From contig CM060731.1 in assembly GCA_030704615.1 (NCBI GenBank), positions 4,588,001-4,652,000 of the forward strand: a DNA stretch of 64,000 nt, written 5' to 3'. This document shows positions 1 to 12,976 of the stretch, piece by piece. Position numbers and translations under genes: made by a program. This DNA is from Takakia lepidozioides (lineage: Eukaryota > Plantae > Bryophyta). The stretch's first letter is position 1. Each line of letters starts with the position of its first letter. A model generated the notes under the pieces. It worked only from the letters and a program-made list of their open reading frames with translations. It ran no database searches and was not told where the DNA came from.

Positions 1-150
1 CTGGAATGAATAACAGAATATGCACAGTCGTTATCTGAGCTTCCTCCGCCATATGCTCTGCTCATTCTTCAACTGTGTTCTGGAGACAGCAGTAAACCGA
101 TTTACACTAGATCTGCGATAGCAAGGTACAAACATACTCGAGGAAGGAAG

Positions 151-3100
151 ATGGCTTCCTCTGAAGCGGAGTTCTTCTCAGACGACAAACCAGTGCCGTT
201 CTCCCAGGAAGTCCTTGACAATGGATTTGCAATTGTTCTGGAACATGTCTTGGCTACCCGTTTTCAGCTGCAGAATGGCTCCATCTTTTTGGAGAAAGAG
301 GTTTACGATATGAAAGGGAAGTTGGTGAAATATTCTTTCCAAAACCGTGATGAGACGGCTCATATCAGCCAGTGGAGAGTGCGTCCTGGTCGATACAGAG
401 TACTTGGAGAGCCTCGTAGAAAGTCCCTTGGGTCATATGTGACGCCCGGGACTGCTGCTTCGGTCGTTGAAGACAAGAGGGAGGTGGTGGTGAAAAAAGA
501 ACAGACTTCCTCCACTCCAATCGTTGAGCTTTCGGATTCTTCCGATGATGACATAAGTGAAATTCCAAATCCAGTCCTTCCTACTGTGGTTGCAGAAGCT
601 GATGAAGAAGAGATTTGTAGTGTCATTCCAAAATTGCGGGCGATGGGAGGAATGGCTGGATTCAAAAGCGAGTTGCGGGGAATTGATTGGGAATCTTTGA
701 AGCAGGTGCCTGTGAAGTTCTTGCCGGAGACTTTTGATGGCGATATCCTATTCGAGCTGCCTCCTCCTCCGCGAGTTGGAGGTGTAACAATCATGATGCA
801 TGGAATGGACAAGAAACACGACGGGCACCCGTGGTGCAGAACAAAAACATCCAATATTCAGAATGATGACAAGCTTGTTTTCAGGAGGACAGTTTGCAAT
901 GGACACCTTAGGTGTGATAATTTGAATTGCAGACACTTTCTTCAGTCTGGAGTTCATAATCAAAGCGAATGGGAGGGTCTGGCGGAGAATCCATTTCAGC
1001 CTGGGACTGCACCTCCACCGGCAAACACTTTCGTCTGCAAATTCTGCAAACTTGTGCCATCCTGCTGGCGCTCTGCGGAGCAAGAATGTACTATGTTGTC
1101 CACCGTTTGAATACAATGACGAGAGCTTGTGTGCATTTTGGATTCCATAACCATCATGTCTCGAAGGGGGATTACAGGGAGAGTGTTGAGACAGTATCGA
1201 GGTTGATCAAACAGGAGTTCGGGAGAAACCCATCCGCAACAACATCTGCAATTGCTCTTGGCGCAAGCAAGTCCTTCTTGGAAAGCCATATTTTGAGTGA
1301 AGGAGATTCTGTGGGGACTAAACTTGACGGTGCAGCATTGGACCTGGTCATGGATCATTTCTCCACTTTAAGTTCACCTAACATTCGGCATCAGATCAAT
1401 GCATTGAGAATGGGCTCTGGGATCAGAGGCTACATAGACAATATTTTGGAATTGAAACGACTGAGCAAGTACGATTACATCCAGGACAATGTATTCCCAG
1501 GTCAAGGTGCCATCAAAGTTTTTCTTTTCAAAATGTCGACTGTTGGGGAGGGCAGTGGGGTTAGCCTCGTGAAGCGGATGCAGAAGACTGGGGACTTGCA
1601 GAACTGTTTTCTTATGTTTGATCATGTGAAACGAGTGAAGGATTGGACGACAATGGCTTGTCATGTCTACGATCCAGTGTACCAACGAGTTATGACAATT
1701 GCAGTTTGTGACATGCAATCCGAGGATACGGAATCCCAGAAGCTCATGTGGAATTCCCTGATACGTGTCATGGGCTGCCATGGGCTGCCATCTCCAAATT
1801 TCGCAGGTTTCATGGCGGATAGTGCTCAAGCAAATTTCAATGCTATTCGTATTGTCTTCGGATCGGGCGACCCAAAAGTGCCTATGCCAGGAAGAGAGCG
1901 TACATGTCTATTCCATTGGACACAATCTCTGGAAAAACATACAAAGTCGGACATCAAACCAGAGATGCAGACTCAGCACCGTAAATTGTGCAAAGAGTAC
2001 AAAGATGCTAGAACAATGAAGGAGGCGGACACTTTGTTCCAGACAATTCGTGCCTGGTGGTTCTCTTCTGGAGCTGCATCACTTGAGAGTATGAGAGCAT
2101 TGGAAGATTGGCTGGCGTTTTGGCACTTCCGGTATAGACAGTGGGGAGCAGCCATGACAATGGTACGAGGCTTCTATTTCATGCTTTATTCATACATTTG
2201 CTTTCCATATTTTTGACTCATTGCTTTCTTTATGTTGTTTCCTGTGCACTATTCTGAAGTGTGGTTATCCTCTTTGCAGAACATGTCCATTGAGGAAATG
2301 GCAGACATGCCATCTTGCAATTTGGCAGAAACTGTGCACAATGCATGGTTGCAGCAGTCTGGGAAAAGAGGTCGGGATTTGTATGTGGCAACAACAGATG
2401 ATTTGATACGTGCCTTGCAACAACAAACCCGATACCGTGATTTCTTACGAGGTGGGGTTGGTGGCAAGGGTCCGGACAAATCAGAGTTGATGTTGCGTGC
2501 TGCAAACAGATCTGGGGATCCAATCAAGATAGCACGGGCGGTGAGCATGTATGCCCAGGGAACGCCACTTGTTTCTAGAGTTCCACATCTTGAAGGGGAG
2601 GAGAGATTCGGCTCCTGTAAGAGGAAATTGAACACTCCACCTGGTTCGGATTCAGATTCCCACAGGGCAGACCGTGATAACTTCTCGAAGCCTCGTGTTC
2701 CCCTGCATGACAGCTCCGTGTCCGGTACCTCCATTGTGGAGGAACCTCCAACACGACGGCAAGCTCCAGCATCAAACCGTGCCACTGAAATGGTGCAGGA
2801 GAGAAACAACCCCCTTGATGTGCTTGAGTCCGCATGCCCCGACCACGTTTGGCACATAGAACGCACAAGTGTCGGGTCTCGTGTGAAATGTACAGCGATC
2901 AGGGCAACTAATTTCGAGAAGTGCACTTCATCTATATCCAGAGGTGGTGCCCGAACTCCTGCTCCGACTTTCACGGGCTTGATGCGTCCATACGGTCAAC
3001 CAGAAGCCAAGAACCACAAGTTCTGGTTCTGCGCAGATGATTGTGCCAGATGTGTGCATGGAACTGTGCGTCCTTCCGTAGTGATGAAGCCATCTCCTCC

Positions 3101-3665
3101 AACCGTTTGGCCCGTGAAGGTGGGAACACATCTCAGCTTTCAGGAGATTGAAATGCTGGAGGAGGCAGGTTTTTCCCTTGCGAGACAACCCCAACTCCAT
3201 GCATGTGCTACTATTCCTGCGTCCTCCCGGGTCCCCCCGGCAAATCCTGACTTGTGGCCAACCAAACGAGATGGAAAGCTCGTTCGGCGTTTCCCTCCAA
3301 CCGCTGAACACTTTGGCAAAGTGGAGTCCGCAAGAATGCTCCAAGCTCGTGTCGGAAGCACCACGGAAGTACCCGATCCAGGATATGGTCGGGTATTCAC
3401 AATCATCACTTCCACATCTGCTGTTCATGACAGGACCTACGACATCACGGTTTCCAATTTCCCCAATTGCACATGTCCTGATTTTGTGAATATGCTATCA
3501 ACCAGTTTGGGCAAGAGAGGTAAATTCATACCCTGCAAACATTTGTATTTCATATTTTTGAGGAGGATGGTTTGCGATCCCAAACGTGACAACTTCATTC
3601 ACCAGGCCACTATGAGTTTCAACGAGGTCGATACTCTTTTGCAGCGGGATACAACACATGGGTAG
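151..3665 (+). pseudogene. MULE-like transposase: GCM/WRKY-like Zn domain + DDE core + C-terminal SWIM finger; one frameshift (~1065) and one intron (2163-2279)
   Basis: GCM-like CNGHLRC...CKFC...CGARM...HFGFHNH. DDE-type motifs MFD, FMADSA, CLFH, NLAETVH. SWIM CTCPDF...PCKH. A phase-0 GT-AG intron (gtacga...ttgcag, 117 nt) removes the stop at 2214 and joins ORF969 to ORF2232 in frame. Confidence 0.75.
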
Positions 3666-4084
3666 CATGAACTATGTAATGTGGTATGTGGATGACCATG
3701 ATTTGAAATGTGTAATTCACATCAATTCGTCGGCTGTGCAATGATATGGCCTCCAACTATACGGAGTGAGGTCTGAGTGACAACTTTTAGGTAGTGCACA
3801 TTTGTCATTGCACCTTTCGAAGTCTACATGTCTTGCTGTCGCTATGCACTACAATCATCTTTTGAAGATGATCATAACTCTCATTGTTATTTGAGGAGGG
3901 AAGAAGTCTTCTCGTGGCAGCCTTTATGGCGCACACTTTGTGAGGATATTTTGTCGTCTTCGTAATTGTAAAAGTGAAACAAACATTTGTAATTGCACAA
4001 TGTTGGATGCTGCAATTGTAGGCCTCAACGCTCGTCTTGATTCTATTTAGGCAAGATTCCCTGCATTAATTCCACGGTCATAGG

Positions 4085-4315
4085 ACCATCCACGGTTATA
4101 GGCGGCGCATGTTAATGCTGACGTGGCAGTTGACGGACAGTGCCACGTCATCATTTACCGCCACATCAGCATGCTGACATGACGCTCACGCCACGTCAGC
4201 ATGTGTGCAGGCTCACGCCACGTCAGCTGGCGTGAGCGTACGCTCACGCCACGTCACTCCTGCGTGAGCGTACGCTCGCGCGCTCACGTGCAACGCTCAC
4301 GCCATTGCGTCGTTG
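4085..4315. repeat. Subterminal palindromic repeat array (CGTGAGCGTACGCTCACG, GCCACGTCA, CCACGGTTATAGG)
   Basis: Same motifs, reverse-complemented, at 38351-38470 and 63219-63380. Confidence 0.8.
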
Positions 4316-4316
4316 A

Positions 4317-4500
4317 TTTCCAGCATTCCAGTATTCGAGTCGAGTTCCAGTATCTTGTACTCTTATCCATTGTTATAAAGATTATCTTGATTCATGTTTA
4401 CCCACCATGCATTCGGTCATACCGACCTTGACTTCTTGTCTAGTCTTGTACCTCTCGTCTGATCTCTTGTTTGTGTTCAGTCATGTTCTCGTCCTTGACA
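4317..4500 (+). repeat. 5' LTR remnant (3' part only)
   Basis: Near-identical to 10089-10272; ends ...CCTTGACA. Confidence 0.9.
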
Positions 4501-4538
4501 GTTTGGCGAGACTAAAGTTTGTTCCTTAGTTAGTTAAG

Positions 4539-5580
4539 ATGAAAGACACATTTGCGGAAATGGTCGCCACATTGCAAAGTCTTCAGCTCCAGATGCAAGA
4601 ACTTCGTACCTCTACTGCCCAATTGCAAGCTGATCAGTCTCAAGATCTTGGCAACGCTCTCCACAATTTGCAACAACAAAATTTCAGAGTTAAAGGAGTC
4701 GAACAATGGATCTTCAACCATGTGAGTCCCTACTGCAACAGCTCTTACTGTAACGGTTCATCTTCAACAGATTACGAGAGAACCAAAGATCAACATGCCC
4801 GAGAAATTTGATGGGACGAAATCAAGATTTCGTGGTTTTGTTCAACAAGTACGACTGTTCCTACGACTACATCCACAACGCTACCCCGATGACGGTGTTC
4901 AAGTGGGATTCGTGGGCACCTTTCTATCAGGCAGTGCCCTATCTTGGTTTGCACCGCTATTAGAAAAAAATTCGTATTTACTATATAATTTTGAAACATT
5001 CATGTCCGAGTTCACTGCAACATTTGGAGAGAATGATAGAGAGAGAGTTGCAGAGACAAAGATGCGAAATCTTCGACAAGGAGCACGTCCTGCTTCCGTT
5101 TATGCTGCCGAATTTCAACAACTTGCGTGCGACCTTGACTGGAATGAGAAGAGCCTCATTAGTCAGTTTCGATATGGGCTAAAAGATGATGTAAAAGATT
5201 TGTTGTTGACAATGCCAAACGTGAGCACACTGAGTGAATTCATCACCCAAGTCATTGCATGCGATAATCGTTTGTTCGAAAGACGTCAAGAGAAGCGATC
5301 TGGATGGTCGACGACGCATCATGCCGCTGCTACTACGGCACTAAACACAACGATCCATTAGACATCCGGTAGTCATCCTATGCATATTGATGTTGTCCGA
5401 TTCAAGCCATTGATACCACAAGAAAAACAAAGACGGCGTTCGAATGGATTATGCCTCTATTGTGGAGAAGAAGATCACATAGCATTAAACTGCCCCAACA
5501 AGAGAAGATTCAAAGCTCGGGGCGCAACTCAAGTGTTCGATACGAGGAGGTCGGAAAACGAAGATGTCAAGTCACAGTAG
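4539..5580 (+). pseudogene. gag: Chromovirus gag with zinc knuckle
   Basis: Retrotransposon gag motifs across ORFs 4539, 4795 and 5380; CX2CX4HX4C knuckle. G GAA AAC near 5553 precedes pol in the -1 frame. Confidence 0.9.
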
Positions 5581-8500
5581 GGACCATGCGGCTGGACACC
5601 ACAAATTCTTCACCGAAAAAATGTCTCTTTCTACCTCCAGACCCTGCACCTTGCTTCACAGTTCCGGTAAAAATCAGAGTGTAAAATCGAGATATCTCTG
5701 TAGAAGCACTTTTGGACTCGGGGGCTTCAGCTTGATTTATGGACAAAAACTTTGCGAAACAACACAATTTAACGCTCGTAAAGAAGAAACTATCGGCCCC
5801 CGTTGAAGTCATCGATGGACGACCGTTAGCATCAAGAAATGTGGACCATGAAACTCGACCACTTGAAGTAAAGCTTAAAGATCAAGCATCACATATTGTT
5901 TTCAACGTCATCCAGTCTCCAACGAATCCGGTGATCCTTGGACTTCCCTGGTTCGTACTTCACAATCCTGACATCGACTGGCGATCGCGAAAAATTTCTA
6001 CAAGACAAAAATGTAGAAATATCAAAGGTATTCAATCTCTGTTCCTTGAAGCTAGAGCTTTCATGAGAGCTACCAAAAAAGATGCGACATTTGCACTTTA
6101 TGCGATCCAATCAAGACCACAACAGAGAAATGTACTTCAACATTACCCGCTCAATATCAAGAGTTCAAGGATGTATTCGAGAAGAAAAATGCAGACATAT
6201 TGCCAGAACATCGACCTTATGACTGTGCAATTGAGTTACAAGAAGGAGCCCAACCACCATTCGGCCCAATCTATAACTTATCCCAGATGGAGTTGGCTGC
6301 ATTACGTGAATACATTGATGAAAATTTGTCGAAGCACTTCATCCGACATCCAAAATCACCTGTGGGGACGTCTATCTTGTTTGTGAAAAAGAATGACGGA
6401 TCATTACGCATGTGTGTAGACTATCGCGGTCTCAACAAAGTCACAATTAAGAATCATTATCCGTTGCCGCTGATTTCTAGGCTTCTCGACCAGCTGGGAC
6501 GAGTGAAAATTTTCACCAAAATTGACTTGAGATGAACTTATAACCTTGTACGGATAAAAGAAGGAGACGAATGGAAAACAACTTTTCGAACAAAGTATGG
6601 ACATTTTGAATACAGTGTTATGCCTTTCGGTCTTACAAATGCTCCAGCAATTTTTCAACATATGATGAATGACATCTTTCGAGAATTTTTAGATGACTTT
6701 GTAGTCATCTATTTGGACAACATTTTGATATTTTCACAGAATGAAGAAGAACATGGCCGTCATGTACGCATTGTCCTTGATAAATTAAGAGAAAGAGGAC
6801 TATATGTCAAGTTGGAAAAATGTATTTTCCATCAATATGAGGTCGAATTTCTAGGCTACATTATTTCCGACAAAGGTGTCTTTATGGATCAGAAGAAAGT
6901 ACAAACTATCATCGAGTGGATTAAACCAACTTCGGTCCAAGATGTACAATGTTTTCTGGGATTTGCAAATTTCTATAGAATCTTCATCAATGACTACTCC
7001 AAAATTGTTGCACCATTGATACGACTCACAGGGAAGGACAAATTTGTATGGGACGAGAAGGTTGACCAGACATTTGAAAGGCTAAAGCAGACATTTACAA
7101 CGGCTCCAATACTGGTACATGCAGACCCATCTAAACCATTCTTCTTGGAAGCAGATGCATCGGACTTTGCGCTTGGCGCTATAGTCTCTCAATACGGTCC
7201 GGATGGCCGACTTCATCTTGTTGGTTTTCGTTCTCGCAAATTTTCCGCTGCAGAGTTCAATTATGACATCCATGACAAAGAGCTTCTAGCGATCATTGAT
7301 GTTTTTGAGGAGTGACATCATCTACTAGAGGGAGCTAAACATCAGGTCACTGTCTACACTGATCACAAAAACCTCGAATATTTTATGGGTGCTCGTGTTT
7401 TGAATCGACATCAAGCCAGATGAGGTATGTCACTAGCAAGGTTTAATTTTGTTATTACCTATCGCCCCGGACATCTTCAAGGGGAAACCCGATGCTCTTT
7501 CTCGACGATCGTATCTTGCGCCGAAAAAATGGGAGACAGCTTTCGACCAACAGAAATCCATCATCTTGAAACCAGCAAATCTCCAATTGAATATGCTATC
7601 CATGTCCACCTATGACGATGCAGAGATCATAAAGAAGATTCAGGAAGCATTGAAGAGCGATCAATTTGCTACGATACTACGAAGTCAACTAAATCGACCT
7701 TGAGACAACCCACATGTTACAAACGACTTCGAATTCAAAGATGACTTATTTTATTTCAAGGGACTTCTCTATGTACCTCCAAGACCTACACGACTTCGAA
7801 TTCTTCAAACATGTCATGATCTTCCGGCTGCAAGACATTTCGGCTTCAACAAAACAATGGAATTGATATCCAGGGACTATTGGTGGCCGTAGATGTGGAA
7901 ACTCGTGAAAGAATTTATAAAATCTTGCGACACCTGTGCTAGAGCGAAGGGGCCACGACATCGACCTTACGACCTTCTTCAACCATTACCCATTCCTAAG
8001 GGTCCATGGTCGTCCGTGTCTATGGACTTTATTACGGACCTTCCAATTTCCAAGATCACCGATTCAATCCTTGTTATTGTAGATCGTTTTACAAAGATGA
8101 CACATTTCATTCCATGTATAAGACGGTTACCGGCGAGGAAACTGCAAGACTCTTCCTCAATAATATCTACCGCATTCATGGACTCCCGAAGGACATCGTA
8201 TCTGATCGAAGACCACAGTTCATATCAAATTTTTGGAGGGGATTATTTCACATATTGGATACTAAGATCAACCTCTCTACAGCTAATCATCCACAGACTG
8301 ATGGTCAAACCGAACGGGTAAACCAGATTTTGGAACAGTATCTTCGCTGTACGATAAATTATCACCAAGATAATTGGACGGACCTTCTCTCATTGGCTGA
8401 GTTTGCCTACAACAACACTATACATTCTTCGACCAAACAAACTTCATTTTTTTCCAATTATGGTCATCATCCTCGAGCAAATCATTTCCACATGAAGACT

Positions 8501-9050
8501 GTTGGAAGCCCTGCTGCAGAAAACCTTGCTACTCATCTTGCTACGATTCACAAGGAGCTTACATTCCACCTCGCAGATACAAGGAGTATGCATATCAACA
8601 TTGTCAACTCCAACCCCAGTTCAAGGTCGGAGATCGTGTGTGGCTTCTTCGACGGGACATACAAACCTCGCGTCCATCAAAGAAGTTGGATTATCAACGC
8701 CTGGGACCATTCAAAATTATTCGACAAATAAATCTGGTCAGTTTTCGGCTTGAATTCCCACGAAGTATGTGCATCCATCCAGTCTTTCATGTTTCATTAT
8801 TGGAGTTGTATCATCCATCGAATATTCCAGGGAGAGTCTCCGTACCATCTCTACCTATCGAAGTCAATCAAGAAATTGAGTATGAAGTCGACGAAGTCCT
8901 AGACTCTTGCATTAAGTATAAACGTGTATTTCGTACATTGGAAATGCTACGACATCAGTAAACGAATGTGGGAACCTTCATCCAACCTCGCCAATGCATC
9001 TGACAAAAGTCCAAGAGTTTCATCAACAATATCCAGCTAAGCCCCGAACT
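5553..9050 (+). pseudogene. pol: Chromovirus pol (PR-RT-RH-IN-chromodomain)
   Basis: Fragmented ORFs 5739-8961 carry the canonical motifs. Confidence 0.9.
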
Positions 9051-9100
9051 ACACGTCAATAAGACGTCACAACGATGATGTCAGTCAAGTTAGCTTCAAG

Positions 9101-9640
9101 GTGAAGACTCCACATTCAATGTATCTGATACACGCTAAGGAGAGAGGAACACCACATATACTAGCTACACTTCCAGCACTATTGCATCTTGTATTGACAA
9201 CATGGAGTCACAAGAACCAGATACATTGGAGTTGTCGCTTACCCAACTACCAGATCAGCCGTTCCGACTCTCACGACCTTCAACTTCACGCCGATGCTCG
9301 AAACGATGGGCCACCAATGCGACGCGTACTTCCTCGTCTGGACCCTGTACGATGGCAAGTGAAGCCTACTCGAAGTTTGATAATTCTATTGGAGGTTGAG
9401 GCTTCGGACCCAGAGGGCAACGAAATCATGTTTGAAGGCAGCTTCAAAAATCAAAATGCTCAAATCACTGCGTGGTCCCAAGTTCATGGTGTTGGACACT
9501 ATCGATGGTTGCAGGGACCTATAAATCATTTGAGTCAAGAACGAAGAGCCGAGTACCATTCGCAAGTACCATTCGCAGAATTTTGGATTTTCTTCAACTC
9601 TAAGCAAGTCCAAGATTTTACCGCTCATCAAGGAACTTGA
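9101..9640 (+). CDS. Extra ORF of unknown function between chromodomain and PPT
   Basis: 179 open codons inside the element, ending just before the PPT; no recognised domain. Confidence 0.35.
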   Translation: MKTPHSMYLIHAKERGTPHILATLPALLHLVLTTWSHKNQIHWSCRLPNYQISRSDSHDLQLHADARNDGPPMRRVLPRLDPVRWQVKPTRSLIILLEVEASDPEGNEIMFEGSFKNQNAQITAWSQVHGVGHYRWLQGPINHLSQERRAEYHSQVPFAEFWIFFNSKQVQDFTAHQGT

Positions 9641-9658
9641 CGCTAGAGGAGGGGATGA

Positions 9659-10272
9659 TGTCACGGACATAGCCCAGAGGAACTTACCAGGAGTAAATAC
9701 CAGAAGTTATCAAGTTACCATGTTACCGGAAGTTACCATGACTTATCATGATTTATCATGATCTACCATGATTTACCATTAGTTACCAAGTTACCGGAAG
9801 TTTATCAAACTACCAAGATTAACTTGGGAAAATGCTCAGGAAGCTTCTTTTGGAGGAAACTTCTTCATCAAGATACCTCATTTGTTTAAGGAAGCCTCTC
9901 CATCAAGAAACCTCTATAGGTGAAGCTTCTTAGGAAACTTCTTAGTAGCTAATATATATAGGAGGCGAGACTGGACACTCTTCAGTCTCGCCAACATAAG
10001 TTCGAGCTACTCTTGTTCCCAATCCTAGTACTCCAGTCCAGCTTCCAGTACTCCACTCCAGTTTCCAGTATCTAGTACCCCAGTCCAGTTTCCAGCATTC
10101 TAGTATTCGAGTCGAGTTCCAGTATCTTGTACTCTTATCCATTGTTATAAAGATCATCTTGATTCATGTTTATCCACCATGCATTCGGCCACGCCGACCT
10201 TGACTTCTTGTCTAGTCTTGTACCTCTCGTCTGATCTCTTGTTTGTGTTCAGTCACGTTCTCGTCCTTGACA
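9659..10272 (+). repeat. 3' LTR (TG...CA, 614 bp) of the chromovirus
   Basis: Starts TGTCACGG after the PPT, ends TTGACA; TATA-like run at 9952-9960. Confidence 0.95.
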
Positions 10273-11470
10273 GTGTAGGCTTGCTCTCCACAGTCAATAC
10301 TTCCCCCTCTGCATTCTTGGGCAGCTAGGCGTTGATTGCCCTGCCTTTGCATCCCGCTTACTATGCAGCCAATGACCCCTGCTCTGCATGGACCCCATTG
10401 CTCACGTGGACACTGACATCTTCCCTTTCCAACAACATCTTCGTTCTGCACGAGATCTTCTTCCGGCACCAGTACGATCGCATCTTCCTCCATTCGAGCA
10501 GTTGTTTGCTTATGGCATAAAGGGGGCAGTAGCCGCAATGCGAAGTGGCTCTTAGTTACGGCGGTCCTCTGACTGGAGTCTTCTCTCTCTCTCTGCCCAA
10601 GGCATCGATCACCTACATTAGACTATCGTGGACCGCGTGCACCGACCCTCCTTCTCCGGCATGTTTTCCAATAGCTCATCTTTTAATGTACATCGTGCTA
10701 GGTTTTTATCTTTTGTAGGCTAAGTGCAGGCGCATGCAGGCTGTCGGCGTGACCCACCATTACCCCATTTTGTTTGTCATCATTCATCTTTGTCACAGCT
10801 CTTCGTTTGTGACTTGGGCTACCGCATGCCTCTGTGTTTGGGCCTATGACATTGTGTTTGCCACCAGCATATTGACACACTTGCTATTCACCTCCTTTGA
10901 TGTCTATGTGGTGGAGATCGCACCACCATCCATGATGTCGTCAGAAACGCTGTCGCATCGATTACGCGAGATGTTGATTTTCATGTCTTGCGAGAGCAAT
11001 GTCATGTCCTCCCTTCTCACATTTGTAGTCAACGATGCGTCGACATTATTCTGTCTTTAGATGGTTTTTGCACCCTAGTCGACGTTGTAATTGTAGACCC
11101 TACCCGATCCGACCTATTTTCACGTTCGACATCCTCCCAGGGCTCTGCGGCTTTGGTTGCTGCTCAAGTCAAGGAAACGCGACTAACGGGACAGACATCC
11201 TAGTGCCCCTTGGTTATGGAGGCATTTGGATATCTCCATTGCCAATTTGACAACCTACTCCGTTCATGTGCCCATCAAGCGGCTCAAAACAAGACCACGG
11301 GCATTCCATATGCTTCTGTTCTTGTGGCTTTTTACAGACAAAAAATTGTCGTTGCATTACAAAGAGCTCAGGCAATGTCCATTTTACATTGGGCAAATGT
11401 AACCCATTGGATTGGCTTCATCCCACCTCCCAACTCTCCCGGATGTTATGCCCATGTTGCCCTCTGACCT
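10273..11470 (+). mobile_element. Degraded 3' end of an RLE-type (CRE/NeSL-like) non-LTR retrotransposon
   Basis: Across frames: HD.VR, R.VDII, DVVIVDPTR, PL..EAFG, VALQRAQA.SI, typical of a C-terminal Zn-finger plus restriction-like endonuclease. Confidence 0.6.
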
Positions 11471-12069
11471 ACTTCAGGCAATAGGTTGGGATGACTGATC
11501 AGTTTGAATAGCTTAGTTTAGCTTGCTTCTCTTTCCTCCTTTATTTGTTCTTCCCCAGGTTTTGGGGTTTTTCTATCCTATGTTCAAATACCTCATGTTT
11601 CCTGTAAATAAAGCTGTACAGGATTTCCTCATTGTTCAAGCTTCACATAGGTTGATGCATGAGGAAATCTCTCTTGAGGTCACGCAACATCCTTTTCAAG
11701 AAAATGTAGTAAAGGTGTTTAAAAAGGACATATTTGCCTTTCTTGCCAAGACTCATGGACATACATCACAATAAAATCTAGACAACTGCATGAAGGACTT
11801 TCCCCACTACCACATTTACATACTCTGCAGCACGGTTCCTGTTGAAACTACAATATACACTCTCCTATACCTCTAAAACAAGCTATCTCGTATTTGCATC
11901 CGTGATCCACCATTAGTGCTCTATGTCTAACAACCTTCCCATTGCGCTTTGTGGGGTAAACATCTACCTCTGGTGTAGGTTCATGAAGAGATAGAATGGG
12001 ATTAGTAGATCCCAGACTGCCGGTGGATCATTTCTGCCGAGTTATGTCGAGCAAGTCCAAACCGACCTA

Positions 12070-12790
12070 TCAATCAGCAGACAACATGGGAATGGCAGGG
12101 TTCAGCAACTTTCCCAACGGGCTGATGTTGCCAGATAATTCTTAGGGGTGGACATGCTCTGAGGTGCAAATGGCAACCTGCCTGTAAACAAAGAGTGATT
12201 ATTTGTGGGCTAATGTTTGAGCTGTGCTGCGGTTTCTTGTTTTGTTTCTCAGGTTCTGGTTCTCAGATTACATTTACATTGGCCAGCTTTATTAGTTTAA
12301 GCTGAGTCAACCTCCTCTTCTAACTTCATCTTCTGCATTCTACAATGTTAGCCAGGCCCTCTGTTAAAACTGAGAGCATTCAGTGTCCACAGAGTCCCTT
12401 GAGACTATAGAGTAAACGACCCAGGCAAATAGTAAGTGGCTTCTTCTTTCCAATCAAGCAAATGGTTTTACTGCAACTTCACCTGTGGTGCTTGACAGGT
12501 GGCATATCTGGGGGATCCAAATATAAAGGTGAAGATGCTTGAAAGTTTGGCAATTGCAGAATATTTTGTGCACCACATATGCCTTGCCACAAGCCTAGAG
12601 CCACAAGCCTTAACTTGGTGCAGCTGTGGGAAGGCTCCAGTACAAGTTATCATTCCAAAGTGTTTTCAGATGTCTGGCCCATTTGCGACAATCTTCACTG
12701 TAGATCTGTGGCTCTAAAATACGCCATGCAAAGGTGCTCTGGCTGGAGCAGGGAATGTAAATCTAATTGTAAATCTAACTGCCGAAGTGT
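12070..12790 (+). pseudogene. Inverted diverged copy of the last intron, last exon and 3' flank of the GST-N gene (source about 26020-26690)
   Basis: Colinear similarity to the reverse complement of 26020-26690. cttgacag|VAYLGDPNIKVKMLESLAIAEYF vs APYLEDPNTGVKMFESAAIAEYV, followed by a frameshift. Confidence 0.85.
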
Positions 12791-12976
12791 TCTCTCCCCC
12801 TCACACTAATCAACATAGACCAACACTGATGTTACCTGCCTTGTTATCAGCCGTGCCGGATCTCCGAATCTCCTCTGGTTCAGCAAAAATACCAGCCCAT
12901 AGTTCTACAGTGGCAAGTCAAGTCTCCGTGACAAGCCAGTAGAAGTGTTTGAAAAGATGGGGCCTTGAATAAGATG

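Larger units (their letters stand above)
1..4315 (+). mobile_element. Mutator/MULE-like DNA transposon, right part; left end lies outside the window. Inserted into the 5' LTR of the downstream chromovirus.
   Basis: Transposase ORFs at 151-3665. Palindromic subterminal repeats end ...CCATTGCGTCGTTG at 4315 and are followed directly by a 5'-truncated LTR. A related end plus the homologous ORF tail occurs inverted at 63219-64000. Confidence 0.75.
4317..10272 (+). mobile_element. Ty3/Gypsy chromovirus (Tcn1/Tf1-like) LTR retrotransposon, decayed
   Basis: Domain order gag (PEKFDG, CLYCGEEDHIALNC), PR (LLDSGA), RT (YLDN), RH (EADAS), IN (SMDFI, HPQTDGQTER), chromodomain (EYEVDEVLD). PPT AGAGGAGGGGA precedes the 3' LTR. 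Many stops and frameshifts. Confidence 0.95.
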
